From: Bacillota bacterium
GTDB lineage: Bacteria; Bacillota; Clostridia; Lachnospirales; Lachnospiraceae
Direction of reading: 5' to 3'
NCBI GenBank assembly: GCA_023435895.1
Contig: JAEZLH010000021.1
Span: 13,997-77,996 of the forward strand
Length of the DNA stretch: 64,000 bases
The position numbers and the translations under genes were made by a program. Of this stretch, positions 29,377 to 39,564 are shown in pieces. Under the pieces are notes generated by a model. It was not told where the DNA came from, did no database searches, and worked only from the letters and a program-made list of their open reading frames with translations. Each line of letters starts with the position of its first letter. Positions within the stretch are counted from its first letter, which is position 1.

Positions 29377-31683
29377 ATGACTTTCAGAAAAATTCTAGTG
29401 TTGTTACTAGTATTCAGTTTAATGAGTAATTCCATTCCAGTTACAAAAGCACAGGCTGCAGTCAACCCTAGCTTAAAAATTATTACAAAAGATATATATT
29501 CGGATAAACCAGTCTTTTCAGATGGTCTCGCCTTAATAAAAGATAGTAAGGGCTTTCGCTTTATTGACTATAATGGCAATGTTAAAATTGGACCCTATAA
29601 GACATGGAAATATAAAACAAGAGATTCCAAGGGCATTATACATAGCGTAACGAAGAATATTAATATAATCTCTGACTTTAAAGATGGTGTAGCAATAATT
29701 GATAATAGTATTGTCATTGACAAACAGGGAAAAGAATTAATGCAAACTGGCTTAGTTAGTAGTAATACTATTAAACTGTGTGATTATGCAGATGGATATT
29801 TTCTGGCTCTTAACGAGAATAAACAAGATTATTTTTATCTGGATCGAAAGGGAAAGGCTCTAAATATCAATATTAAAGAAATAGTGGGTGAGGGAGCATG
29901 TTTGGGAAATTATACTATTTCAGAGGGATTGATGTACTTTTATCAGAATGATAAATTAGGTGCTATAAATATTAATACCAAAAAGGTAACCATTCAACCA
30001 AAATTCAGATATATCGGACAGTTTAAAAATGGGACAGCATTTGCTTCATATACTGTAGATGAAACTTCACGAAATACAGAATACGGAATTATTGACAAAG
30101 CAGGGAATATTATTGTCCAGCTCAAATACGATGAAATAGGTAAAGATATTGGTGGTACAATTCCGGTAGTAAAAAATAAAAAATGGGGAGTTATTGATAG
30201 AAAAGGTAAGATAATCATTAATCCCAATTCTAAATATGAAATTTTATGGTACTCAAACGGAATGGCAGCTATTGTTGATTCAAATCAGAAAATGGGATTT
30301 TTGAATACAAAAGGTGAAATGGTTATTTCGCCAAGGTATGATGATGTTTTTTGTTTTAAAAATGAGGTGGCTTTGGTAGGAAATAGAGGTGTCTACTATT
30401 TTATAGATAAAACAGGACGTCAAGTAAACCCGGAGAAAACCTGGAATCTTGGTTACACTATGGGGGATAGTTGGGGAATTAGGGAAAAGTCTTTATACAT
30501 GATGAATGATTTTATCGAGCAGTCAAATAATGTATTTTCATATAGTTTGACTAGAAGTAAATGGGGAATTGCTAAGATTATTTATTCAAACAGTTCGGCA
30601 CAAAAAAACTTAGTGGTAAAAGATTTCAATCTTGATCAAATCTATGGTATGACATCAGCCATATGGGATGGAAAAAAATATATTGCTGTCTCAAATGATA
30701 AGGTATCTTATTCGAATAATGGAGTTGATTGGGAATACCAGAAAGCGAGCATTATAGGTGCTAAAAATATTGCCTATGTCAATAAAAGATATTCTATGAC
30801 TGGTGATTTTTTAGCAACAAGCGTCTATCCGAATGAGAAAAAGAATATATCGTTTTATTATGGTTCCAGGAAATATCAAAATATTTTACCAGTGGCATCG
30901 TCTAGTGATGGTATTACATGGAAGGCTATTACAGGTGCGGTGAAGACGGATGGGGAAATCAATAGTTGGGGCTGGGATACGAAATTAATCACAGCAAAAG
31001 GAAAGTTCTACCATTTCTTTGATTGTAATGTACAGATTTCATCAGATGGAAAAACATACAAAAATCATCTTATATATGTTAAAGACCCTAAAAAATTAAC
31101 GCCAAAAGGGTACAAATATCTTGGACAATCATCGATTAACTGGGATGTTATATTTGATGGGAAAAAGTTTATTGCCCAAAATAGTGATTATTATGGAGGA
31201 TTAATACTGAACTCTAAGGACGGAAGCAACTGGGAGGTTGTTAAGTTTCTTGATAAGAAAAAATACCAACTTGCTCAACATGGTATGTCCCCGGTCATGT
31301 ACGTTAATAAGAAATTCAGAGTTATGACATATGAATCTATCTTTGAATCAACGGATGGTACCAAATGGAAGGAGCAAAAACTTTCCAGTGTATATAAAAG
31401 CAAAACCATTCAAAAAATGTTACGTAAGAATTTAGACACGAGGCCGGTTTATAATGGTGAATATTATTTGATACCGGACAAAGTAGTGAATGAATATGGA
31501 GATTCTATTTATTCATCAAAGGTCATTGCCACGAAAGATTTTAAGGGATTTTATGAAGTGAATATGGGATCACAATTTAATAAAATAATATACATGGATA
31601 AGAAATATGTTATTACTAGCAATAGAGTGTATGATTATAAAGTTCTAAAGAGTTATATTTCGAAAGCGGAATTAATTAAATAG
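29377..31683 (+). CDS. Secreted WG-repeat protein with C-terminal BNR/beta-propeller-like repeats
   Basis: Signal peptide ending AQA; FSDGLA, KWGVIDRKG, MGFLNTKG; SSSDGITW, NSKDGSNW, STDGTKW. Confidence 0.85.
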   Translation: MTFRKILVLLLVFSLMSNSIPVTKAQAAVNPSLKIITKDIYSDKPVFSDGLALIKDSKGFRFIDYNGNVKIGPYKTWKYKTRDSKGIIHSVTKNINIISDFKDGVAIIDNSIVIDKQGKELMQTGLVSSNTIKLCDYADGYFLALNENKQDYFYLDRKGKALNINIKEIVGEGACLGNYTISEGLMYFYQNDKLGAININTKKVTIQPKFRYIGQFKNGTAFASYTVDETSRNTEYGIIDKAGNIIVQLKYDEIGKDIGGTIPVVKNKKWGVIDRKGKIIINPNSKYEILWYSNGMAAIVDSNQKMGFLNTKGEMVISPRYDDVFCFKNEVALVGNRGVYYFIDKTGRQVNPEKTWNLGYTMGDSWGIREKSLYMMNDFIEQSNNVFSYSLTRSKWGIAKIIYSNSSAQKNLVVKDFNLDQIYGMTSAIWDGKKYIAVSNDKVSYSNNGVDWEYQKASIIGAKNIAYVNKRYSMTGDFLATSVYPNEKKNISFYYGSRKYQNILPVASSSDGITWKAITGAVKTDGEINSWGWDTKLITAKGKFYHFFDCNVQISSDGKTYKNHLIYVKDPKKLTPKGYKYLGQSSINWDVIFDGKKFIAQNSDYYGGLILNSKDGSNWEVVKFLDKKKYQLAQHGMSPVMYVNKKFRVMTYESIFESTDGTKWKEQKLSSVYKSKTIQKMLRKNLDTRPVYNGEYYLIPDKVVNEYGDSIYSSKVIATKDFKGFYEVNMGSQFNKIIYMDKKYVITSNRVYDYKVLKSYISKAELIK

Positions 31684-31770
31684 CAGAGAAGCATGGTATA
31701 ATAAATACAGTTATGCTCTCTGCAAATACATACGAAATAAACGAATTAAACAGATTGGATTAAACTCATC

Positions 31771-33048
31771 ATGAAAAACAAATTATTAAAACATCAATTA
31801 CTGCGCACCCTTGTTGATTTGCGTGGCAATCCCCGAGCCTGTGTGTATACGGAGCCGATGTGGGGACTTTCTATGAACCTTTGCCTGCCTTATGCTTCCA
31901 TTTATATGCTTTCCTTAGGTATGACAGATGTACAGGTAGGTATTGTAACCTCTATTTATATGTTTTCTCAGATGGTTTGTGCCTTTTTATCCGGAATTAT
32001 CATTGATAAAATGGGGCGTAGAATGAGCACGATGTTGTTTGATTTTTTGGCCTGGAGTCTTCCCTGTTTAATTTGGGCTTCCAGCCAGGGGTTTTGGTTC
32101 TTTGTGGTTGCTGCATTGCTCAATGGATTAATGAAAATCACAACAGTATCCTGGGACTGTCTATTGGTAGAGGATGCTCCCAAGGATAAGATTACTCATA
32201 TTTATTCCTGGGTTATGATTTCCGGTAACCTCTCCGCATTATTTGCACCGATATCCTCTATTCTGGTATCAAAGTTAACCCTTGTTCCGGCAATCCGAAT
32301 CCTTTATATTAATGCCTTCATTATTATGACTGCAAAGCTTATCATATTGTATAAATGTTCCACTGAAACAGCGGTTGGGAAAATCAGGAGAGAAGAAACC
32401 CGTCACCAGTCCTGGGGGCAAATGCTGGTAGGCTATAAAAGTGCTTTCAGTAAAATTATAACTTCACGCGGAACCATGTTTGCAATTGTTATCAGTATTC
32501 TGGTTGAGATTGTTGCGATGCTGGGAATGACCTTCTGGCAGATTATTGCTTCACGTCGGATTGGAATTTCTAATGCCTTGTTGCCGATTTTTCCCATGGC
32601 AAGGAGCATACTTTCCATCGTGTTATTTTTTACGATAATCGCCCATATTAAGCAGACGAAGTTGAAGTGGCCTCTAATTGGAGGTTTTTTAAGCTCTATT
32701 ATTAGCTGTTTACTATTGATTTCCATAACAAATATTGGAGCCTGGGGCTATGTGATTTTATCACTCTCGTTAATATTTGAAGCACTTGGTGTGGCTGTTT
32801 TAAGCACATTGAGAGAATCCCTGGTAGCCATTCATGTTGACCCAAGTGAACGCTCAGGTATTATGGCATTGCTTCAGACAACGGTAATGTTGGTAAGTGT
32901 CCCGTTTGGATATATAGGTGGATTACTAAGTGATGTTTCAAGGATTTTACCTTTTGTCCTTAGTATTGCATTGTTGCTTTTGGGAATATTGGCAACCACC
33001 TTATTTTACCGTACCTCTATTTATAAGAAACAACAAAACTGTATTTAG
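31771..33048 (+). CDS. MFS transporter
   Basis: About 12 TM segments, SGIIIDKMGRR. Confidence 0.88.
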   Translation: MKNKLLKHQLLRTLVDLRGNPRACVYTEPMWGLSMNLCLPYASIYMLSLGMTDVQVGIVTSIYMFSQMVCAFLSGIIIDKMGRRMSTMLFDFLAWSLPCLIWASSQGFWFFVVAALLNGLMKITTVSWDCLLVEDAPKDKITHIYSWVMISGNLSALFAPISSILVSKLTLVPAIRILYINAFIIMTAKLIILYKCSTETAVGKIRREETRHQSWGQMLVGYKSAFSKIITSRGTMFAIVISILVEIVAMLGMTFWQIIASRRIGISNALLPIFPMARSILSIVLFFTIIAHIKQTKLKWPLIGGFLSSIISCLLLISITNIGAWGYVILSLSLIFEALGVAVLSTLRESLVAIHVDPSERSGIMALLQTTVMLVSVPFGYIGGLLSDVSRILPFVLSIALLLLGILATTLFYRTSIYKKQQNCI

Positions 33049-33097
33049 TATAATTATTGACAGTATAACTCAAGTCTTGTACGAGGGAGAATATAGA

Positions 33098-34483
33098 ATG
33101 AGATTAACGATATTACATACCAATGATATACATAGTAATTTTGAGAATTTCGCTAAAATAGTTACCCAAATCCACGAATGGAACGATAGTGATGCATTAA
33201 TTCTTGATGCAGGGGATTTTGCGGATTTTAAACGGGTGGAATTGCAGGGAACGGATGGCTTAGCAGCAATCGAATTACTGAAGGCGGCAGGTTATGATGC
33301 ATTGGCCATTGGCAATAATGAAGTTTTTCAAGGGGTAGATGTGTTAAACTATATGGCGAACAACGGGAAGCTTCCATTACTGAGTGCCAATATGCACCCT
33401 CTTGAACACGGTAAGTTAGACAGTGTCAAAAGAAGTATTATCATCAATAAAAATGGTTTGAACATTCTCATCATAGGAGCATCGCCGGATATTGGCCCCT
33501 TTAACGAGTTACTTGGTTATACTCTTGAAGATTACATCGGGGCAGTTGAGCGTGAGATAGAAAAAGAGCAAGGAAACTATGATGTATGCATCCTACTTTC
33601 TCATCTAGGAATGGATAAGGATAAGGAGATTGCATCAAAGATAAATGGGATTAATATTATTATCGGCGGTCATTTTCACATTTTAATGGATCAGCCGGAA
33701 ATCGTGAACGGAACAATTATACATACATCCGGTATGCAAGGAGAAAATATTGGAAGGCTGGTGGTTGAAATCAACAATCACCAAGTACAACTGATTGAGG
33801 GTAACAATCATAATGTTCTACATTTGGAAGAATCACTTGCAATAAAGGAGCTTCTGAGGCAGAATAAAGAGAAGGCCATTTGTAAGCTTAGTGAACCTTT
33901 TTGCAAAGTGAAGAAGGATCTATGGCATGATGTGGTGGAAGAGAATCCAATGACCAATCTCCTTGCAGATGCTCTTTGTCATGTCCTTAACTGTGACCTT
34001 GGGATTATAAATAGCGGGGTGTTAAATGGAGGAATTAGAAAGGGAAACGTATCACGTAAAAAGATGATTGAGATTTGTCCCTCGCCTTTGAATCCTACCA
34101 GCATTAAAATTCAGGGAAAGCATGTGTGGGAAGCACTGCAAGATTCACTGGATGCGGATTGTTGCTATGCAGATGGTAAAGGAGCGGGATTTCGGGGTAA
34201 ATATGTAGGGAGACTGCATGTATCCAATGCACTCATTGAGCACGATGGCAAAACGGTTTTAAATGTGACCATACAAGAGGAAAAATTAGATATGGAACGG
34301 TGGTATACAGTTGCTTCCTCAGATTATCTTCAAAGAGGCACCGGCTATCCGTCTCTATCGGAAAACAAGGATGAAGAATATCGTAAGGAATACTTACGAG
34401 ATGTACTTCAGGAGTATGTTTCCAAAGAAGATTATGTTGAGAAGGCATTTATGGAGAGATGGATATTACATACGTCTGATTAA
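33098..34483 (+). CDS. Cytoplasmic metallophosphatase/5'-nucleotidase (YunD-like)
   Basis: ILHTNDIHS, LDAGD, GNNE, LSHLG, GGHFH, C-terminal 5'-nucleotidase domain; no signal peptide. Confidence 0.88.
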   Translation: MRLTILHTNDIHSNFENFAKIVTQIHEWNDSDALILDAGDFADFKRVELQGTDGLAAIELLKAAGYDALAIGNNEVFQGVDVLNYMANNGKLPLLSANMHPLEHGKLDSVKRSIIINKNGLNILIIGASPDIGPFNELLGYTLEDYIGAVEREIEKEQGNYDVCILLSHLGMDKDKEIASKINGINIIIGGHFHILMDQPEIVNGTIIHTSGMQGENIGRLVVEINNHQVQLIEGNNHNVLHLEESLAIKELLRQNKEKAICKLSEPFCKVKKDLWHDVVEENPMTNLLADALCHVLNCDLGIINSGVLNGGIRKGNVSRKKMIEICPSPLNPTSIKIQGKHVWEALQDSLDADCCYADGKGAGFRGKYVGRLHVSNALIEHDGKTVLNVTIQEEKLDMERWYTVASSDYLQRGTGYPSLSENKDEEYRKEYLRDVLQEYVSKEDYVEKAFMERWILHTSD

Positions 34484-34617
34484 CGACACATGATATCAAA
34501 AAGTTTATGAAGAAAATTACTATAAAAACTAAGACATATAAGCATACATAACAGTGGTAAGAGCAGGTTGTAATAAATTGCAGATTAAGTTAATTCTGTG
34601 GTATCGATCTATGGGAG

Positions 34618-35421
34618 GTGCAGGATATGGGACCAACAAAAGCTTTTCTTTTGGAATTATTAAGTGAGAAGGTGTATTCCGTATATGAGCAAATAAATAC
34701 GTTCATATTAGACAATTATAATGTTGATTTACTATGGGATAAGGGCGGAAAATATGGGGAGTTATGCCTTCGATATAGCCGAAGTAGTAAAACCCTGTGT
34801 ACTTTATATTTTCGTAAGGAACAATTAGGGATTTGGTTTATCTTCGGTAAAGAAGAACGTGAAAAGTTTGAAAGGGAACATGAAAATTTTTCACAATCCG
34901 TGATAGATAAGTATAATCAAACAGCCATATTCCATGATGGTAAGTGGCTTATGTTTGATGTTGAGGATAATGACCTGCTTGATGATTTTGTCAAACTCCT
35001 CAAAATAAAAAAGAAGCCCAATCGGCAGTTTACTATGTGTGGTTATTGCTGTGATATGTGTAAAGCTTATAAAGCGAATATCAAAAAGAAGGATCAACGG
35101 GAAGAATTATCCAGGGCTTGGAATACCTATTATAAACTAGATATAGCCAGCACTTCCATTCAGTGTGATGGGTGTCGATGTATGAAAGCAGATGCTCATC
35201 GAATAGATAATGATTGTCCTGTAAGAGCTTGTGTGCTACAAAGGAAGATTAATCACTGCTCAGATTGTGATGAATATCCCTGTACGTTGTTTTTCACCAG
35301 AAAGGGTCTTTCTTATGAGGAAGCCAATCAAATAAAAGAAATTGATATTACCGATTACACTAACTATTTGATGGCATTTGATAATAAGTCCAGATTGGAT
35401 CGATTACGGAATAATAAATAA
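34618..35421 (+). CDS. DUF3788-like domain fused to a Cys-rich DUF3795-like domain
   Basis: KTLCTLY...GKEER...HDGKWL; CGYCCDMC, CDGC, CPVRAC, HCSDCDEYPC. Confidence 0.7.
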   Translation: MQDMGPTKAFLLELLSEKVYSVYEQINTFILDNYNVDLLWDKGGKYGELCLRYSRSSKTLCTLYFRKEQLGIWFIFGKEEREKFEREHENFSQSVIDKYNQTAIFHDGKWLMFDVEDNDLLDDFVKLLKIKKKPNRQFTMCGYCCDMCKAYKANIKKKDQREELSRAWNTYYKLDIASTSIQCDGCRCMKADAHRIDNDCPVRACVLQRKINHCSDCDEYPCTLFFTRKGLSYEEANQIKEIDITDYTNYLMAFDNKSRLDRLRNNK

Positions 35422-35450
35422 GGTATGACCATTTATCATTTAAAGCAAAT

Positions 35451-35481
35451 AAAAAAGACCGCTCAACCGAGCGATCCTTTT
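35451..35481 (-). terminator. Terminator of the cold-shock gene (possibly bidirectional)
   Basis: AAAAAAGACCGCTC-AACC-GAGCGATCCTTTT imperfect hairpin. Confidence 0.6.
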
Positions 35482-35492
35482 CGAGATTGTAA

Positions 35493-35693
35493 TTAAACAA
35501 TCTGTACGTTAACTGCCTGTAATCCACGAGCGCCATTTGTAACTTCAAATGTTACAGTCTGACCTTCATCGATTGACTTAAAGCCATCCATTGCAAGACC
35601 TGAGTAATGTACGAATACATCGTTGCCCTGATCATCAGAGATAAAGCCGAAGCCCTTTTGTGCGTTAAACCATTTTACAGTACCTTTATTCAT
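35493..35693 (-). CDS. Cold-shock protein (CspA family)
   Basis: [15 protein letters not shown] (RNP1), VFVHYS (RNP2); AAGGAGGT RBS. Confidence 0.97.
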   Translation of the reverse strand: MNKGTVKWFNAQKGFGFISDDQGNDVFVHYSGLAMDGFKSIDEGQTVTFEVTNGARGLQAVNVQIV

Positions 35694-35808
35694 AAAAGAT
35701 ACCTCCTTAAATTTTATTATATTCCAATAAAAAACACATATTGCAGTAAATCAAAAAAATGATCTACTTAAATATGTGAAATCAATTCTTTATCCAAAAT
35801 ACTTATTG

Positions 35809-35837
35809 ATTATATCATGTAAATTAAAGTAAGTCAA
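35809..35837 (-). promoter_or_regulatory. Sigma-A promoter of the cold-shock gene, implying a ~110-nt 5' UTR
   Basis: Minus strand TTGACT-17 bp-TATAAT with extended -10 TG. Confidence 0.75.
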
Positions 35838-36304
35838 TAGAAAAATAAAATTATTTTGCGAAATTATTAAGTATTCGTTACTGTTCAATCCCGCTAGAAC
35901 TTCGCCATAATGTTTTCAATCAATGCTTCCTGAAAAGGGGTAGTCGCATTCGTCGGAATCATATCTCAACTTTGACATTGGGAGTGAACAGAAAAAATAT
36001 TATTTCTAAAATATATAGAATTAATTTTATGAGTCGGAGTTTACAGAATAATTACTGTTGGGTTTTGTTTAAGACTATCACGGCACGATATAGATTACTC
36101 TAAAACTAAACTATTGAAATATAGTTAAAATATTATATAATAATTTCATATGCTTTGTTGGCGTGTAAGTAAGAATACCTTCAAGATGTATTAAAAGTTA
36201 ATTAATCATATTATTGCGCAGGAAAGCCTGTTCATAGAATTGGCACTTATCGTATAATAAGCTATGTACAAAGCAGTGATAAGTAATAAGGAGGATTTTG
36301 ATTT

Positions 36305-37024
36305 ATGGAAAACTGTTTAAGCTTCAACAAAGAAGAAGCAGAGAACTACTTAGAAGTCTTTTTGAAAAAGTTAATCGACTTAGGGGTAGATATTAGTAAT
36401 AAGGTTGAATTAAAAAAAGGTGTATTTGAATTATTTCAAGTAGAATTATACAATATGCCTGATTTAGATAAAGAAGATTACATTATCACATCAAATCATG
36501 TAAGTGATTTTGATGCTGTGATTTTAGGTTTACTGCATGATAATATAAGGATATTATCAAAAAAAGAATGGGTAAGTAATGAAAAACTGATGTCCTTTGT
36601 ATCAAGACATTATGATTTGGTCGGAGTGGATAGAAATTCCACCGGAGATATGACGAAAGCCTTGATGAATTTAACGAAATACTTAAAGAGCGATCTTTCT
36701 ACAAAGCACATTTTGATATTTCCACAGGGTACCATATCGGATATTAATCATAACAGTGTTGATCGAATATCAAATGGCATCTTTGGTCTGTCATACATGA
36801 CCAGGAAGCCGTTGTTACCGGTGTTTTTGGAACAGCCTTCTATGACGGAGAAAACTCGTATTGTATTTGGTAAGGAAATCATAATAAAGGATAAAGAAGA
36901 TCACAGAAGTGAATGGATAGAGGAATTAAAGTCCTTACAGAACACATTAGACCCTCTTCCTAGGGAACCTAAATTATCCCATAAACATTCCAATAATAAC
37001 AAAATAGGTGATGAATATTTTTAG
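36305..37024 (+). CDS. Lysophospholipid acyltransferase family protein (PlsC-like)
   Basis: SNHVSDFD (HxxxxD) and IFPQGT. Confidence 0.8.
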   Translation: MENCLSFNKEEAENYLEVFLKKLIDLGVDISNKVELKKGVFELFQVELYNMPDLDKEDYIITSNHVSDFDAVILGLLHDNIRILSKKEWVSNEKLMSFVSRHYDLVGVDRNSTGDMTKALMNLTKYLKSDLSTKHILIFPQGTISDINHNSVDRISNGIFGLSYMTRKPLLPVFLEQPSMTEKTRIVFGKEIIIKDKEDHRSEWIEELKSLQNTLDPLPREPKLSHKHSNNNKIGDEYF

Positions 37025-37150
37025 AACGAGGATAATACCTCTAATCCAACCAATTGCCGAAACATTATAATTGATTCGATCAATCATATTTCAAAGTTTA
37101 GTCCAGATTCACAACGTTTATAACGTTCATAACAAAGGAGAGTTATTCAT

Positions 37151-37657
37151 ATGGAAATTTACGAGATCAATGAAGACAAAATTGACTTAGTGGCAACCTT
37201 TATGTCTGCTCATAAGCCAGAGTGGTGGGACTTTGAGGGAGCGAAGGAGCAGCTATCAGGCGGAAGGGGATGGTACTTCGGCTCCAGGGTAAACAACCTG
37301 GATGGATGGTTACTCTGTAAAGTGTTGGATGTTTATAGGATTATGGAAATTGAATGTTTGGGTTATTATTATGAGGGAGAGATTCAGGTTCGGAAGGAAC
37401 TGACACCACTAATTGAGCATTCAGAAGCCTGGGCGAAGGAACAGGGCTTTGTACTGATGCGGTTTACCATTGGCACACGAGGACTTTCCTGTCACCAGAG
37501 AGAACTTGGGCAGCCCTGGGAAGAATTACGTGATCTTCATCCGGTAGACAGGGAGGAGTATAGCTGGTTCTTATCCATGGGATATGTACCGTCAGGAGTT
37601 CTGCCTAACATATACGGTGATAAGTATCACGGAATATTATTGGTAAAAAGCCTATGA
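37151..37657 (+). CDS. Hypothetical protein, GNAT-like fold
   Basis: LIEHSEAWAKEQGF and WFLSMGYVPSG resemble GNAT motifs; AAGGAG RBS. Confidence 0.55.
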   Translation: MEIYEINEDKIDLVATFMSAHKPEWWDFEGAKEQLSGGRGWYFGSRVNNLDGWLLCKVLDVYRIMEIECLGYYYEGEIQVRKELTPLIEHSEAWAKEQGFVLMRFTIGTRGLSCHQRELGQPWEELRDLHPVDREEYSWFLSMGYVPSGVLPNIYGDKYHGILLVKSL

Positions 37658-37707
37658 TATAGAATCACAGATACCGGCAGTTGCAAATCCAAGGATAAGT
37701 AGTGAGA

Positions 37708-37724
37708 TGCAACTGACAGTTGCA
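37708..37724. promoter_or_regulatory. Palindromic operator upstream of an XRE regulator
   Basis: Perfect TGCAACTG-A-CAGTTGCA; additional half-sites near 37678 and 37739. Confidence 0.65.
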
Positions 37725-37838
37725 AATGAGCCATTCACGCAACTTATACTCCATAGTTAATTCTAAAGAAATTTGATATTCTATCCTAACAAGGATTAGA
37801 GGTTCAATGACCTCTGATCAAAAGGAAGGAGCTATGAA

Positions 37839-38351
37839 ATGTTGGATTATGAGAAAATCGGTGTATATATCACGGAACAGAGAAAGCAAAAGGACATAAC
37901 GCAGCAGGAATTTGCAGATATTCTTGGGGTAACTCATCAGGCAGTATCCAAGTGGGAGAACGGCAAAACCATACCGGATACGGAGACGCTAGTTAGTATG
38001 GCTAAATATTTTCATGTAAAAGTGGATGATTTATTAAGAGCAGATTCAGAAAAACCACAAATAAAGCTGGAGTTTGGCTCTGGGATTCTTCCATACGTTG
38101 ATGTGAAGCAAAAAGATAATTTACTGGTCAGGATAAAGGAGTTAAGGGCTAGAATTAATTCTGAAACAGTGAATGAGCTTCCACTGATTCAGGTCTGTGA
38201 TAATGAACAACTGGGAGCGTTGCAATATAGGATAACGGTGAATGATAACATACTTCTAAATCATGAACTGGATCAAGTTCCTCCGGAAGATCGATTATCG
38301 GAGATGATGCATTATCTTGAATTCGTTATTAAAGGGGATGTAATTCGTTGA
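37839..38351 (+). CDS. XRE-family HTH regulator fused to an FlhA/FHIPEP-like cytoplasmic subdomain
   Basis: TQQEFADILGVTHQAVSKWENG; IKLEFGSGILPYVD...LLVRIKELR...LPLIQVCDNEQL...YRITV. Confidence 0.75.
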   Translation: MLDYEKIGVYITEQRKQKDITQQEFADILGVTHQAVSKWENGKTIPDTETLVSMAKYFHVKVDDLLRADSEKPQIKLEFGSGILPYVDVKQKDNLLVRIKELRARINSETVNELPLIQVCDNEQLGALQYRITVNDNILLNHELDQVPPEDRLSEMMHYLEFVIKGDVIR

Positions 38352-38505
38352 CAATTATATGTTGGAGTGACAAACAAAATAGAGCTTTATATTTTTATAG
38401 CTTAAATAATTTAAGCGATATAGTAGCCAATTAGCCCATTAGCAAGCAAGTACTCGAAGTGTATAGTTTTAGATATTTATAAAGAATTACATAATTAACG
38501 GTATA

Positions 38506-38539
38506 AAAAATAAGGATTCTCCCCAGAATCCTTATTTTT
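38506..38539. terminator. Bidirectional intrinsic terminator
   Basis: AAAAATAAGGATTCT-CCCC-AGAATCCTTATTTTT. Confidence 0.85.
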
Positions 38540-38549
38540 GTGAACCCGT

Positions 38550-38768
38550 TTATTGTCTTGATTTAATAAAAAACTTAATGGTCAGGATAACACAAACGAT
38601 AATACCCAATAAAAATGGAATAGCATACACCAAAGATAGGTAGGCTGGAGCACTTTGGTATGGTAGTTGCATGGAACGATAGTGATAAGCTACCACCCCA
38701 CACATGATATCGGATAATATAATCGCTAAAAATGCAAAGGTATAAGATAACCACTTAAATTTCTTCAT
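38550..38768 (-). CDS. Small two-TM membrane protein
   Basis: Two hydrophobic helices; AGGAGG RBS; 15 bp downstream of the XRE gene. Confidence 0.75.
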   Translation of the reverse strand: MKKFKWLSYTFAFLAIILSDIMCGVVAYHYRSMQLPYQSAPAYLSLVYAIPFLLGIIVCVILTIKFFIKSRQ

Positions 38769-38783
38769 TTGTTTGCCCTCCTG

Positions 38784-39251
38784 TTATTTCTGATTCCAGT
38801 TCTTGATAAAAAGTACAGACCCAATCAAAATAGAAGTGATACATAGGAACAAGAATATACCACTGCCGTTTAAGGTTATCATGGATGAGGCGTTCATCTG
38901 TTTTGAAGCCTCGGGGTGAACCATAAAAGCGATAACCCAAATAATAAAACTCATTGCTCCAAGCAAACACAAGATAATGCCTAAGATCCAGAAAGAAGAT
39001 TTGGATTTTGAGAATGGCTGATTTTCGTTAATCAATTCACCTTCTTCTTTCTTATCGTAATCTTTTAATAGAGAATCAAGGGAAACACCAAAATAATCAC
39101 TAAGAAGAAGTAATTTACCAATCTCAGGCGTGGTTTGCCCGGACTCCCATTTGGATATTGCCTGTCTGGACACGTCAATTTGTTCTGCAAGTTGCTCTTG
39201 GGAAAGTCCGCTATTTTTACGAAGGGTATATAGTTTTTCTGATAGTTCCAT
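38784..39251 (-). CDS. Membrane-anchored XRE-family regulator
   Basis: [22 protein letters not shown] plus two C-terminal TM segments; start MELSEK after GAGGT. Confidence 0.85.
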   Translation of the reverse strand: MELSEKLYTLRKNSGLSQEQLAEQIDVSRQAISKWESGQTTPEIGKLLLLSDYFGVSLDSLLKDYDKKEEGELINENQPFSKSKSSFWILGIILCLLGAMSFIIWVIAFMVHPEASKQMNASSMITLNGSGIFLFLCITSILIGSVLFIKNWNQK

Positions 39252-39564
39252 GATAACCTCATCCTGCCTTTTCTGTCCGTGTATTAGAATCATTGTACCT
39301 ATTCTGTCTTTTGTTTTTTCATTGCCCGAGTTTATAACTATCATTATTTTACCAAATGTATAACCGTAATACTAGCAATACAAGCTTACATTTTCGCAAC
39401 CTTGGCTTGCAAAGGTGGAATTTTAGGGATTTTTAATAGCCAAGACCATAACAAGTTATTAGTCTGTATAATTAATACGGTTTTTGCGTAAGGCTTTTGA
39501 GATTTATAGATAAAAAGAATCAACAGTCTAGGCTACGTACACTTACCCTGTTGATTCCATGTTG

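Noticed and set aside
33098..34483. GNNE instead of GNHE as a sign of inactivation
   Set aside because: As recalled, GNNE is normal in the YunD-like subgroup; other metal ligands are intact.
35894..35962. 22-codon minus-strand ORF MIPTNATTPFQEALIENIMAKF
   Set aside because: Protein-like but no good RBS and no family assignable; may be a gene remnant, cannot be supported without a search.
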